A DNA stretch of 64,000 bases, taken from contig CM039002.1 of assembly GCA_017499595.2 (NCBI GenBank), forward strand, positions 806,001-870,000. Reading direction: 5' to 3'. Origin of the DNA: Psilocybe cubensis (lineage: Eukaryota). The notes under the pieces were generated by a model. It made no database searches, was not told the DNA's origin, and worked only from the letters and a program-made list of their open reading frames with translations. The translations under genes were made by a program, and so were the position numbers. This document shows, one piece after another, positions 49,801 to 63,011 of this stretch; within the stretch, counting starts at the first letter, position 1; each line of letters begins with the position of its first letter.

Positions 49801-52800
49801 GAGCGCTCAATGTCACTACTTCGTCGAGCGTCATGAGAAGGAGGATAAGCAGCACTTCGCTGAGAAGGTGTGACTGATGGAGGGTATCCTTTCGAGCTGC
49901 TTCGTTCCATACGAGAGACATCAGGCACATTGGAGCTGCGCCGGCTGCTGCTGCTACCACCTCCTGGAGGGTAATATGAATCCACCGGGGTGCGAGAGCG
50001 AGAGCTTGTGTCTGAGCGTAAGCGTTCGGTACGGGTACCATTTGTAACCATGTCATCTTCAGGGTACACATCAATATCGTCGTCTTCTAGGCGATGCCCG
50101 CGTTCGTTGTAGACAATAACTGCAGGACCACTGCAACGCGTGTTAGTTATGAGAAGTGTATACGATCGACGTAGGAAAAACTTACTATTTGACTTGCCCC
50201 TGTAAGGAAAATGTTAAACTTTATACGACCAAAACAGAAGAATAAATAACTTACATTGTCCATCCATTTGATCCTCGCTTTGAACTCCGTAAGTCCAAAG
50301 TGGATTTCAACAGAAAACACAATGGTCCAGTATTTCTTTCCATTCTTCCCCATCTTAGGCTCCGCGCTCCCGCTGAGCAGCGACAAGTCTGCCTGGACAA
50401 CACACAACGTCGAAAAATCGTCTATAAGTGAGAAAATCAGTCAAACTTTCAAATTTCTGGAGTATCAGAAGATAACCTACCATCACCTCTATTAATCCAT
50501 TTGGGAACAACATTTCCCCCTCTATAGCACCAAATTTCTACTTCAAAGACAGAGAGCATAGACAAATTCGTAAGTTCAGTACAATACTTTCGCGTAAACA
50601 CAGTCGACTCTTTGACTTTCACGCTCTGCACGCCAAAACCATCAGCACACGCCATAGAGCAAAAGGAGAACTACAAAAGCTCACCCGGGCGAGAATACAA
50701 TCAAAGGCATCGGGTAACAATTTGGGGCCGGATGGAAGTTCGCATAGTTTTTCTTTCCGCTGGACGTGGTCTGGGTCGTTCGGGTCGAGCTCGCGCAGGA
50801 ATTCGACACCGTACATGAATTTGGACATGCGCGCAGAGACATGGTGGTCGCAGTAGAAGCCAACAGCTCCATCAGCGACCGCTTTCGATCTGGTATTGGA
50901 ACATGAATGAGCATCATCAACTTTGTGATAAATCAAACAAAACGTACGTTTGTGTGTCTGGTCGACTAACTGTGACTCTATATGGTGCCAGTCGCTCTTG
51001 AAGTTGTCTACGTTGACCGTTTAAACTTTCTCCATCTCAAACACTGGTAAAAGTCACTCGTACCCAAATAACCACGGAGAAGCTGCGTAACCTCCGACGA
51101 GGAAAACAGACTGCGAGATAATAGTCAGAGGCGCACGTGCATATCAGACAAAGGAATAACCCTAATCATCCCATTCGATGCATCTATTTGCTTCTTAATG
51201 CAGGTTACGGCAGCTAGAAAAAGATTAGATCAAAATGCCGGCACGAGGTGGATGCGATGGGCTCACCATCGACGGAAGGTTCGAAAAGGTTTGCAACTGC
51301 GCATGCGCTAAGAAAATATCCAGATTGCGGTTAATAAGGATCAGAGTCGCACCTTCATTTCTGTAATGAACGTTGGGATTAGAACCATCCGGATATGAAA
51401 GACGCGGCAATACTCACCCAGTCAATCGCAACTGTCCTGATCTAATTCCTACAGCCGAGTCCTACACCCATTGTCAGAAACTTAAATTACACACACGCGA
51501 GCGTTCCAATGACCCACCTTGTCCAAAGGCGACCCAAAAGGAATGAACTGAAGTTCATTGCGATCTCTAAAAAGCCGTTTCGTTGTCTCGTCGAATCGGC
51601 GTGTGATGTGGTCGACAGAGTCAGGGGTACCGTATTTAGAGTGCCTGAGTTTGTCTACAATACAATGATTGATTATCAGTTCAAGGAATTTGAATATCGG
51701 CGATCACAAGGTTGCACCTTCTAGGAATTCTCTAGCCCTCCTGCTAACGAACACAGAGCCTGCGAATATACCTTAATAGATAGTGTGAATGTTCGTCATG
51801 GAATAAGATATCTGTGAGCTCACAATCTGGGGGTGCAATTTCCTCCATTGCCAGAGGTGATGTTCCTTTGATCGCATATGCACTTATATCTAGCGTTCCA
51901 CCTCCCGCATCCGCAATTAAAAATCCATGTTTAGACGGATTCTGAATATAGAAGCAGACATTATCAGCACGAGCCCTCAAGAACATCAAACGCTCAAGAA
52001 CCAGAGCTCGCACTCACCGACAGCACATCCCCCGCGAGCCCACTCAACACACATGCATGCAAGCTCGCCTCGCCCTCCGTCACGAACCGGATCCTTGCGC
52101 GCCCCGCATCCGTATCCGGCACCAAACGTCCATACACCGCCGCATTACGCATGCGCGTCTGCTGTGGGCCCTCCCAGCCGTTCGGGTGGCTCAGCACAAA
52201 CTGAATGTCTGGCTCGACCGCATTCCACAGCGCAGTCCCATTCGCATGTGTATCGCAGATAAATGACCGCGTGCAGCTGTACAGGTATGCCAGATAGTCG
52301 CCGAAGACGTGCACAGGCGTTTTGCGCCGCGGTAGCGGCGTGAGCCGCATCCCGTTCATGTTGAGCTGCATGGTGCGCGGGCGGAGGCGTAGTTTGAATC
52401 TGTAGGTGGGGTTATCGTATCGTATCGGGTAGGGATTAAGGCGGAGGGGAGGGCGTACAATTCTGCCTTGATCCAACCCTCGTCCTCAGCTTGAGCGACG
52501 ACGGCGCTAGAGTCGGCCTCTGCGCCTGCAGCCATAATGGCTCCATTCTTGTCGTAGTATATTACAGACGGTATCTTTGAGTTTCCCGCAACATGCTCCT
52601 GTCCAGGAAACCTGCCATCACGGATATCAGTCCCGCGAACAGCAAGAGCGAGCAGGGACGTCCGTACCTCGTTACACCGTGAATCTTAGGAATCTCTCCC
52701 GGTTCAAGAATCGCATAGGACACCTAGAAGAGCGGGTGTGAGTGCACGATTCGCCTGCGCAGTGGCCGCATACGTACTCCACTAAACGTCGTTCCAACGT

Positions 52801-52876
52801 CGATCGCAATAACGAGTGATCGTGATAGGCCGCTATAGGGCTTTCGGGTATCGGCTGCGTGCTTCATGTGCACCAT
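46875..52876 (-). CDS. HSPA12-like atypical Hsp70 family protein fused to a ~1080-aa low-complexity C-terminal tail
   Basis: RKPYSG..RSLVIAIDVGTTFSGV; FVLSHPNGWEGPQQTRMRNAAV; IRFVTEGEASLHAC; LIADAGGGTLDIS; KAVADGAV; FGLTEFKARI. An acceptor near 50131 leads in frame via GPAVIVYNERGHRLEDDD into ORF 46875..50069. Confidence 0.8.
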
Positions 52877-53301
52877 AACCCAGCACACGGGGCGGCAGCA
52901 CAAGTACTTCTACTATACAGAGATGAGTGGGGGGGAGAAATACAGTGGAGGGGCACTCCGGGATAGTTATTGTACAGAAGAGAAATTTTTGCACGAGGCG
53001 TTACACGAGGTTGACATTCTTGATGTGTTTCCCAAGCGTTCCGCCTCCGGCTACCGAACCCACTCGCCCTGTTTTGGGTTCCCGGAACAATCCCTCTCAG
53101 TCTCCGCTCAAACAGGCATTTAACGTTAGTTCTATTAGAAGACATATGTATGGGCTACTGGACGAGCATGATAACAGACCGCCGGACATTTGACTTGCCG
53201 GAAGGTTATAAAATGGAATGGAAGAGTACCAGTTTTGTCAGTTCACCATAGAGGCATGACAGTTCATTCAAAGAGAGCCTTCAAACTCAATATGCGTGTT
53301 A

Positions 53302-54196
53302 TCACAGAAAGACACCTGAGCTTTTAATGATGCCTTTCCAGCTTCTGAAAACATAGTCAGAGTACAAGCCAATTTCGCCCAAGGAGGATTTCAGATTCGA
53401 AGATGTCTCAAACAAAGAATCAAGGAACGCATATGCGGTATGCGGTGATGTTAGTTGGTGCAACTCTGTCATGTAAATGCATCAGATATACGCTAAAGAT
53501 GAAAATTAGCTAGTGTTCTACCTGACGCAGCATATATCACGGCCAACGACGCGCGTTTCGCATACCAATCCAACTACAACATAGCGTGAATACAACCAAG
53601 TTAAAAGTAGGTTAAAAACATACTTGGAGCGATTGGTCCCCTGCTACATAGCAAGCTTCATCCGCTACACTCGCCGCATGTTTGAGCGCAGGTGTCGGGT
53701 CCAAAGGCGGAATACCGTATTTTGGCGAAGCCAACAAAGCGAATGCCTAAAAAGCCTTCTGTCAAATCATTGTCGTTCAGATAATACTGACAAACCTCTG
53801 GGAGATGCGCAAGCACAGGCTCATTATAGTCCAAACGCGCACGTAGAACATCTCGGAGCGAAGCCCTCTTCATACTATTAGTTGAATCCGAGACATTTGA
53901 AGCTGACACTGAAGACATATGTCGAAGCCCTTCTTTCATCCATGCGTCAATTAGTGTCCGCCGTGCGGTGTCGCCATTCCCGAAGAGAGCTGAGACAGCA
54001 GTATCGGAGAGAGGCACTGTATGTGCTTCACCCTCAGGTAACGCGAGCACAGATCGCGCGAGGGCTGCCCGAGTGAAGCCGTGTGTCTTCACCAGAGGCA
54101 AAGCGAGCTTTAAAAGACGCGCACTAGCAAAAAGTAGTTGGTTAATGTCGATCCTGACATAAAAATAAACAAAAAACACCTCGATGCTTTTGACAT
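53302..54196 (-). CDS. COQ9: Ubiquinone biosynthesis protein COQ9-like
   Basis: LLKLALPLVKTHGFTRAAL...AVSALFG...RARLDYNEPVLAHLPE/AFALL...WYAKRASLAVIY...ELHQL; spliced. Confidence 0.75.
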
Positions 54197-54453
54197 CGTT
54201 CCAAAGGCTTAGAACTTGGGTCGTTAGAAGAAACGAAAGGCGCCACCTTGATGTCGTTCCAAAGTTCAGAACGCTCGGCGCAGCGACCAAAGGGGCGTGA
54301 TCAACGGAGATAGCCGATGCGCAAACCCTGAACCCGATCTCAATCGGCTCGTTCTCTTCAAAACTATACCACCGTATAACTTTTCGAGATCCATTTCTCT
54401 CCCTTGCATCCAAAACTCCCACAGCTACAAGTACACACTGTACAACATCCGAT

Positions 54454-55516
54454 ATGTCAGACTGGGGTAATGTTTCTCACTTCATTCTTGTCCAAGCTCA
54501 TCGAATGGCTCACAAAGGCACCTCGGGCAACAGAAGAATCATCAGATAGCGAGCCTTCAGTGAAAGGAAAACCCACCGCTCCGGCCGCCAAAGTAACCCC
54601 CGCGCCTCCCCCAGCGGCAAAGAAACCAGCAGTAGTTCCCGCTAAAAAGAAGTGGGAAGGCGAAGACGAAGAAGAATCTGACCCTGTGGTAAGTAAAGTA
54701 TCCGATTGGAGCTTATATTTGTGCGCGGCGACTAATTATGACAATCAAGAGTGATTGGGAGGAGTCTTCCGAGGAAGAGTCAGAAGAGGAGGTCAAACCC
54801 GTCGTCGCTCCACCCAAGAAGAAGGGCACCCTTAAAGCCAAACTTGCCGAGAAGGAAGCCGCAAAGGCGAACAAGAAAGATGGCTCGACTGGTTCAGACG
54901 ACTACGACTCAGATGCCGTTCTTGATCCCAGGGAGAAAGCGCGTTTAGACAAAGAGCGAGAGCTCAAGGCTGATCTCAACAATGCTGCCGATTTGCTCGG
55001 TGCTGCTGCTCTCGGAGGTACGCTTACTTTCAGATTCATCTTCATCATCTACTTACATCTTGTTATATATAGGAACTTCTTCATCAGAACTTGACTCACT
55101 AATATCCTTCCAACCACGAACAAAGGAGGACTTCGTTGTTCTATCTGATCGAATTATTGAATTTATCATCAAGAAACATCACAGCAAGCCATTATACCAC
55201 ACCTTTGTTGAGCACCACGCTCGTGCACTTGCCGCGCCACTGAAGGATGTTGAAGTCCGCAAGGTAGCCAGCGGCCTAACAACCCTGGCGAACGAAAAGC
55301 AGAAGGAACAGCGTGACAAGGCCAGTGGGAAGAAAAAACCGAAGGGAGCCAGCAAACCAGGGCTGGGTGGAACCAAGTCATTGGCAAGGTACGCGTCCAT
55401 TCTGTGCATTTCTATCACATCAATATGAAACTTATGAACTTTTCAGAGCAAAAGATACGGAGCTCTACGACGAGGCATTGGATGACTTTGGCACCAATGC
55501 CGATGACTTCATGTAA
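54454..55516 (+). CDS. HCR1: Eukaryotic translation initiation factor 3 subunit J
   Basis: MSDW start; KKKWEGEDEE...SDWEESSEEE; ELKADLNNAADLLG; PRTKEDF; RKVASGLTTLANEKQKE; ends DDFM. Confidence 0.92.
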
Positions 55517-55899
55517 AATTCTTTACCTACCCTACTCAGACAATACTGGTATCGGAATGCCTGCGGCGATGTTGGGATTAGGACCTGAGGGTCCTGGTGC
55601 TCATGTCATCCGTAAAATTTCGGATCAGTAGTAATTTTTTGGTTGCTTCAATGAATCTTTTTCTTTGGTTCAACATACCTGTGGACCCATTTCTGATCCG
55701 TTGGGGTCCATAGGCGCCCATTAGTAGATTAGATGACGGGATCCTGAGCGATATGATGGTGGCTGTGCTTTCACTTTTCGACCCGACGGCTACTTGTCTG
55801 ATGTTTGTTTGATCACATCGCAACCTCGTTGCCGCATTCCTGAGTCCTCACCAAAAGCGACACACATCGTCGCTTATTTTCAAGCTTCAATCATAAGAA

Positions 55900-57197
55900 A
55901 TGGCCATCAACGCACGTTTCCCTCCAGAAATTTTAGACGCCATCTTCGAAGAGTATCTTTCAGGGACCATTTTATCGGTAGACACGAAAAATACCTTCTT
56001 CGCCGTCTCCGAAGTCTGCACACTATGGCACAAGATATCCACCCGGCTCAAGAAAAGGTCCAATGCATGGACACGCCTGCACATCCATGTACCTGATTCG
56101 CAAGGCCGCACACCGGTTTACCCCATGCTCAACTTTTGGCTCACCAACTCTCGAGACGAACCGCTCGATATCGTAATGCACATGGGGAAATACTGTTCCG
56201 GGAGGGGTGCCATAGAGAATGCACTCTTAAAGCATATCGGAAGGTGGAGAACCTTGACCGTTAACAGCAAGAGGTCGAGACAATTTGATGAGTTCACGAG
56301 GGCGGCGAGTGCCTGAGGCAGGTATCTATCCAGGTGTGGGATAGAGCGCGGTCTCAGACGCACGGCAACCCATTGTGGAACCTCGAGCTGCTACGCTCGT
56401 GCTTCTCCCTAGCACCGCGCCTCCAGACTGTGTGGTATTGTGGAAACATGCTCGCGGCGACCGCGAGAGATGGAGATGAGGATGAGGATGTCAATAATAA
56501 AGCGATTTCCGTGCATAAATCACAGAGTCATCTGGCGCTGGAGTACGCCGGCGAGGACTACCATAGCATGCGCTCGGCTGGGGCAATGGTACTCTTGCTA
56601 CAGGAGCTGAGGCCAGTACTGCGCTCCCTGGCGCTGCGTGTCCCCATGAATGCTGAGGACCCGAGTGATGTATACACTACATTGGGAGTCGAACTGGAGG
56701 AGCTGCAGGAGTTAACAATATCGGAATCGGACAATCTACTAGCGTTCTTGCCCCGCATACGCGCGCCGAACCTTAAGGGCCTCAAGATCTGCCGGTCTAC
56801 AGAAGACGATGTGACCGCAAACGAGCAGGCGGGAAAATGCGTGCTTGACTTCTTGACGCTTTCCCATTTGCCTCCGATTTCTGAGTTGGAGCTAAACGGC
56901 GTCCAGAGTATCAAAGAGGAAGATTACGCCCGCATATTTGGCTTGTTGCCTTTGCTCCAAACGCTCGTCATCCGTAACAGCACGATCTCGGACATTGCTT
57001 TAGAGACTCTCAACATGAACGGTTCGGACAAGTTTTGTCAATTGCTAAAGCGGCTCGATCTGATCAATTGTGAAAATGTTCATGGGAAGACCATCTACGA
57101 CGTCGTCAGTAGCCGCCTTGCGAAGTGTGTTCTTGGTCGTGGAGAACAAACTTCCGGGATTCAAATCACGGTGGAAGAATGTGCATTTAGTTGGTGA
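55900..57197 (+). pseudogene. F-box/LRR-like gene with a frameshift near 56290-56315
   Basis: FPPEILDAIFEE...VSEVCTLW (55900..56316) continues in another frame (56334..57197, AFLPRIRAPNLK), collinear with the intact paralogue at 58604. Confidence 0.65.
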
Positions 57198-58603
57198 TGA
57201 GGATTTGAGGGCACTCGAGGCAATCAACACTGGTCATTGTATGTGAGAGGATGGCGGTGATATCAAGCATTTGCGTGGGTGTTGTTACTTTCTTGGGGTT
57301 ATGTTTCGGCTAAGTATAACATTTAGCATGCTGGACCATTTGATAACGATGGTAACGAGGAAATCAACGTGGATTAGACAATTTTTTTCACCAGAGGAGG
57401 TTATATAACTGGAACTATATATTGTTTCTATACCCCGGCTTATTGCAATTTTTTAAGTTTCATTCTTCCAATATCGAGATGCTGTACTCCCCCGTCAGAT
57501 TGACGCGTTCCGATGCGCTATGCGCCTCTAGGCGCCCATAGTAGATAAAATAGCCGATTTTGACACGATGCCGGGGATATGACGAAGAATATATGTGGCT
57601 GTGCTGACATACACCCGAAAAGCCCATTGTTGGCAGAACTCACATCAGCTCACATTCCAACTTTACGCGTCTCGTCATCTCCCTTTCTTTTTCCCTGTAA
57701 CAATCTCACTGAATGGACACCCAAGAACCCAAGGCTTAGTCGGGTCTATGCCAATTCGCGCATTCTATCTTGCACTCAACGATGTGCCACCTGTCTTGAT
57801 GAGACATTTGCAGGCGCCTTTCTAAATTCGCATTGACGTCGTCCGAGCACAGTCAAACGGCACTATAAACTCGATGTGGACAATGGAAAGCGGAGGAAGA
57901 TTTAGAAGACATGGCCAGGTCAGACTTTTCCACCCATTCTTTGAAGAACAGTCTTCAGCTACTGCTACAGAAGTTACAGTGACTACACTTTCTAGAACCA
58001 ATGGTTGGCGGCCGCCTACCTGAAGTTGAAATGCGCTATATTTTCATAGTTCATAGATAGAACGCTAAGGCAAGAAATTAGAAAAGAAGACACGATTCTT
58101 TGGTTCATCGAGGAAGTTCTGCTCCATTTGTTCGCACCTATGGAAACGCCGGTGTCCCTTGGCGTTTATGGAAACTCTCCCCTGCTTCTTAAGACTTTGG
58201 AATGGCACACTACCGGTACTTTGGCGGCCTTTTCTTTCTCCATAACTCAATTGTCAATGCATTTCAGCTTTTCAGGTCGATATTGCTTCGATTTTCTCGT
58301 CTTTACTTTCCCTTTTTGTCTCAGACTCGGAAGCCATTGGAATAGGTTGGGTCCAGCTGGTCTTATTCCAGTGGACGACGGTTTCAATAAAATTAAAAGT
58401 GATGATGAGCGGCCGTGATAGAATGAGCTCCTTTATTACCAGCCTGTAATGAACGTCTTCGGTGTTCGCACTTTGGCTTTCACACACTACACCATTGCTC
58501 AGGAGAAATATTCAACCCGTTAGTAAAAACTATCATTGCCATTGACAAGCTCAGACTGACGCTGATTTAGTTCTCAGGAATTACGACATCTTCCCACATC
58601 GCG

Positions 58604-59905
58604 ATGGCCATTGTCTCATTTTTCCCCCCAGAGCTCTTGACTATCATTTTTAAAGAATGTATAGCGGACACTATTTTATCAACCAATGACGACCCAGCCA
58701 CACGGACCGCAATTGCGTTCTCTCAAGTATGCTCTTGGTGGAGACAGGTCGCGAGCATTCCAAACCTGTGGATACGACTTCGTATCGATATTTGCGAAGG
58801 GTGCAGGAACCCTCTTTCCTCGATTTTGGAAACTTGGCTGGGAAAGTCTCAAGGCTTGCCACTCAATATTAAGCTTCGCATTGGACGAGATTCCGGGGCG
58901 GACTTTGACCCTATTCGACGTCTTATGAAGGAAATATCTCGCTGGAAGACTCTGCGGATATACGCCGAGACCTCTAGATTACTCTCTTATTTCTTGAATA
59001 AGATTGAACCTGCACCTGCACTGGAAACAGTGTATGTAACCGTACGGCAAAGTGGATCTTGGTGGCATTATCAACATCCTCTTGATAGGTTGGAGCAGCT
59101 CAGAAACCGCTTCGCAGGATCCCCACGCCTATGTTGGATTGGCATTGACCGGAATGTCATCGCAACCACTGAAACGATCCCTTTACGTGGATCGATATTC
59201 CATTTATCTCTGGAATACACTGCAGAGAAATACACAATGGTTCAATCGACCGGCGCTTTGGTAGAACTTCTGCAAGAGCTCCCTCAACTTAAATCTCTCA
59301 ACATAAATATCCCGTTTTTCGACAAAGAAAGCATTGGCACACCTCATGTTGACATGATGAACCTGACGAAACTACTTTTGGAGGGTGCAGACAATGTCTT
59401 TGCGTTCCTTCCTCGAATTCGTGCCCCTAACCTCACAAATCTCACTATCTCTCGTTCTGGAGACAGCTTGTCCAGGAACCCGCTTCTAGCCAAATCAATT
59501 CTCGACTTTCTCAAGGCTTCTCATTCACCTCCTCCAATCTATTCCCTGGAGCTTTATAACGTTCCAGAAATCACCGACCAAGACTTCACTCGTATTTTTG
59601 CTCTTCTACCTTCACTCGAAAAGCTTGTCATCCACAATAGCTCGATATCCGATGCGACTGTGCAGGAGTTGATCTTGTGCGAATCGAATGTAGATGGCCT
59701 GCGTCGATGCTTGAAACGACTGGAGTTGTGCGTCTGCGAGAATGTGCACGAGCAAAATATTTCTAGCGCTGTTCGCAGTAGGATCTCGAGGGGCGCTCAT
59801 AGAAGCGAGGCGGAGGCGTGTTTGCAGGTCTTGCTGGTGGATTGTCCGCCAGTCAGAAAGTACGATATAAAGTTTCTTCAACCACTTGTAAATCTTTGCA
59901 TCTGA
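58604..59905 (+). CDS. F-box-like/LRR protein
   Basis: FPPELLTIIFKEC...FSQVCSWWRQVASIPNLW; LRR-like repeats; AFLPRIRAPNLT. Confidence 0.85.
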   Translation: MAIVSFFPPELLTIIFKECIADTILSTNDDPATRTAIAFSQVCSWWRQVASIPNLWIRLRIDICEGCRNPLSSILETWLGKSQGLPLNIKLRIGRDSGADFDPIRRLMKEISRWKTLRIYAETSRLLSYFLNKIEPAPALETVYVTVRQSGSWWHYQHPLDRLEQLRNRFAGSPRLCWIGIDRNVIATTETIPLRGSIFHLSLEYTAEKYTMVQSTGALVELLQELPQLKSLNINIPFFDKESIGTPHVDMMNLTKLLLEGADNVFAFLPRIRAPNLTNLTISRSGDSLSRNPLLAKSILDFLKASHSPPPIYSLELYNVPEITDQDFTRIFALLPSLEKLVIHNSSISDATVQELILCESNVDGLRRCLKRLELCVCENVHEQNISSAVRSRISRGAHRSEAEACLQVLLVDCPPVRKYDIKFLQPLVNLCI

Positions 59906-60195
59906 AGAACTGAAAATACCAGACAGCATATTTTTCAACACCTCTTTGAACTATTTGTTGCTTATTGGAAGGCCTGAAAATTTGACAGTAAGTAAACCGC
60001 GCATTAGGTATCCATGTTAGAACACTGAGTTACATGCAGATAACTAGCCGGAACCGGCATGGTTGCCGGTGATGCACTCCGGGCACCAGCCTTGATTTGG
60101 CATATTCTAGCTTGATTCAACCCGCATTGCTTTGCAACGAACTACATACATTTCAAACGACAATCGACTCTTAATTGGCGCACGGCCAATCGACA

Positions 60196-61776
60196 ATGAT
60201 TTCGGATTTGGATCCCAGTATCGTTCGCCAGTCGATGCTCCAGTACAAACAAGAAGTCGAAACGATAGACAGAGAGATCGACAATCACAATCAAGCAATT
60301 CAACTGTTACTTCTACTCAAAGAGAAACGCCTGGCAGATATTCAGGTATGCAAAGAACGGTTGGCTCTTGCTAGCCGTCTACCTACAGAAGTATTGGTTC
60401 ATATATTCGAAGAATATGTCCTGGACGATATGCTGGATGTACAATCGCTCAAACGAGGCCCTTTGGTTTTGTCTCATGTTTGCTGTAGGTGGAGGCGCGT
60501 AGCCAGCCTACCAGCGCTTTGGTCATACATACACGGCGACCTCCTCATCACATCACACCCAAAAGAGCTGATCCAGATGTGGCTTAATAAGTCTCATCCC
60601 ACACCTCTTACTATCAACATAATGCTCCTTAGTCACCTAAAAGGCTTTGTTCTCCATCCAGCGATGGGGGCTATCCTTGATGAAATGCCACGTTGGAAAC
60701 ATTTGAGGCTCAAGGGGCGCAACCCAGGTATCATCAACGCGTTTCTGGCCGCCTGCGTCAAGCCTGCTCCTCAGTTACGCACAATAGATTTGACTGTCGA
60801 GCACACAATAGACCCAGGAGAGCAGTGGCAGGTTACTAACATACAAAAGGCTTTCATGTGGTCACCTCAGATTAAATCAATACGTATAGGAGGTCACGTT
60901 GTTCCAGTATCCGATTCACTCCCAACCTCACTCACACATTTCATTTTGGTGCTTCCGTACCAGATTTTCTCTCACCCTCAATATTATCAGTCCCTCTTGA
61001 GCTTGGTGACTCTCCTCAAAACACTTCCCAATCTTCAAACGCTCACTGTTGAAGTCCCTCTCTCATATCTTACAGATTTCTTATTAGATGCAGACCATAT
61101 GAAACCGATCGAATTGGTTAATCTGACGTCTTTAACATTATCTGGGCCCGGAGACATTGTTGGTCTTTTACCTCGCATAAGGGCCCCATCACTTCAACGT
61201 CTTACTGTCTCTGGGTCAATTGCTGCGGCTGTCAACGCAAACACAGGCCAATGGCTTCTTCACCTCTTGCAGGATTCATCTCCCCCTTTATCCCATCTAG
61301 CGCTGGTTGACCTGACTATTGATGACACGACGTACATCCAGTTGCTCGCCTTGTTGCCCCGCTTACAATATTTGGGAATTCATGATAGTGACATATCCGA
61401 CATCGTCTTTCAACGATTGTATGGGCCAACGTGCCTCTGCCGGTCACTCCAAAGGCTGGACCTCAGATGGTGCCAGAAACTATCTGGAAACGTTATTGTG
61501 GATGTTGTTCGCAGTCGCTCATCGAGTGTTGGCAATGGAATAGACGGAACCATCCGACCATCACCAATATCAGAATTGACAATTATACATTGCGGGCTAA
61601 TTGTAAAGGACCATACCTCAATTCTGCAGGGGTTAACTACCTGTCGAAATCGACGTCGTAAACATGACGATTTGTGCAGTCAGTATTTCTTACGCCTGTG
61701 TTACCACGGGTGCACGCTGATTTATTATTTATATCATGTTTCTAGATCGTTGGAGATGTTGCGGAATGTGAAGTGA
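60196..61776 (+). CDS. F-box-like/LRR protein with N-terminal coiled coil
   Basis: SRLPTEVLVHIFEE...LSHVCCRWRRVASLPALWS; LLPRIRAPSLQRL; LQRLDLRWC. The 3' end is possibly spliced. Confidence 0.85.
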   Translation: MISDLDPSIVRQSMLQYKQEVETIDREIDNHNQAIQLLLLLKEKRLADIQVCKERLALASRLPTEVLVHIFEEYVLDDMLDVQSLKRGPLVLSHVCCRWRRVASLPALWSYIHGDLLITSHPKELIQMWLNKSHPTPLTINIMLLSHLKGFVLHPAMGAILDEMPRWKHLRLKGRNPGIINAFLAACVKPAPQLRTIDLTVEHTIDPGEQWQVTNIQKAFMWSPQIKSIRIGGHVVPVSDSLPTSLTHFILVLPYQIFSHPQYYQSLLSLVTLLKTLPNLQTLTVEVPLSYLTDFLLDADHMKPIELVNLTSLTLSGPGDIVGLLPRIRAPSLQRLTVSGSIAAAVNANTGQWLLHLLQDSSPPLSHLALVDLTIDDTTYIQLLALLPRLQYLGIHDSDISDIVFQRLYGPTCLCRSLQRLDLRWCQKLSGNVIVDVVRSRSSSVGNGIDGTIRPSPISELTIIHCGLIVKDHTSILQGLTTCRNRRRKHDDLCSQYFLRLCYHGCTLIYYLYHVSRSLEMLRNVK

Positions 61777-62091
61777 TTCTCCGAGTATTGAGCCTCTTCG
61801 CGCATCGCCCACACGGTTGCAAAAATAAAGATATCTCAATAATCTTCTACTCAATTTCAATTAATTTGATTACTAGATTGCCTAATTCTCGATGAGATAC
61901 CGAAAAAGGGGCAGTAATAGATTGCAGGATTATCCATTCTTGATAAATTTGACGGAGATGTGCTGTTGAGCGATTTCATAGGGCAATTTTCCGTCAGGTG
62001 GACTGGAGCACAAAAATCAAAAAAATAAAAAGAAGAAAAAAATGGCGATACAGGCGGTGGATACATTATGGGCAGCTCAGTACCCATATCT

Positions 62092-62700
62092 CTAGAAAAA
62101 TACGAGAAGGAACAAAGCTAAAGCAAACGTTAAGCTAAAAATATCGGTATGGGTCCTTAATGCTCCAGCGCTGATATTTGCTGTGGAAATTGCCCCGGGC
62201 GGTGAGGTAGAAGAAACTGCGATTTCTGTAGAACTGCCACCATTGTTGAGGTCTTCCCAGTCAGGCTCTCCTGTTGTGTTGCAGGAACTCATCAAATCTG
62301 TATCAACAATTTCAGCCTTAATGCCAAGAACGTTGTACAAAAGGCATACCCGCTATATTCCCGTCGACTACAGTTTTATTGGCCATATTCGCGTCTACAA
62401 CACATTTCTCGCAAGTTTTGAGATCGTTCATGACTCCGGGATTAGTGCATATGCACTCATAATCTGCCCCACACATTGGATCCTGCCAGTGATAAAACAT
62501 CTGTATTCAGACATTTTTATAGAGATATAGTTCTATAAATGAACGCACTTGGAGGTACGAAAGGAAGTCTTGACATTTGCAAGAAGCAGGGAGGCTTCCA
62601 ATGTCTATCAAACTAGACTGGCGTGGATATAAATTAGTAAGAGATGCGGCAACCTTTACACGAGAAGCGTCCGCTAAAATGAGATGTCCATAATTAAAGC
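62092..62700 (-). CDS. Small Cys-rich, probably GPI-anchored/cell-surface protein (5' end uncertain)
   Basis: Spliced exons SLPASCKCQDF, CGADYECICTN...CEKCVV, a Ser/Thr-rich stretch and a hydrophobic C-terminus (FALALFLLVFF). Confidence 0.5.
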
Positions 62701-63011
62701 CTAGTTTTTTAGTGGCGAGCAGTCAATTTGGAACCTACCGGCGTCTAATGTGGAGAATAAAGCAGTTGCTAAAGTTGCAACAGCTGACAACTTGCTCCAA
62801 GAAGGCATCTTTTGATAACTCTGTTGACGACTCGTCGGGGAGTATTGGTGTCACTCATAAGCTATCATTTTGTAGGTTTTATACGCACTGTATTGAAACA
62901 CGATGTCATTCAAAAGACCTAGTACGTAACCTTTGAAACGATTGCGATGGATAAAATTTAAAAACCATGTGGAAGGTCTATTTTGTATTCTACGGTGAGG
63001 TACACAGATCA

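Noticed and set aside
46867-50074. Many long overlapping ORFs on both strands (e.g. 47242..47997, 48662..50074)
   Set aside because: Antisense or alternative-frame shadows of the low-complexity 1064-aa exon.
57580-58490. Possible fourth F-box remnant between the paralogues
   Set aside because: Only short ORFs, with no F-box or LPRIRAP-like motif that I could confirm.
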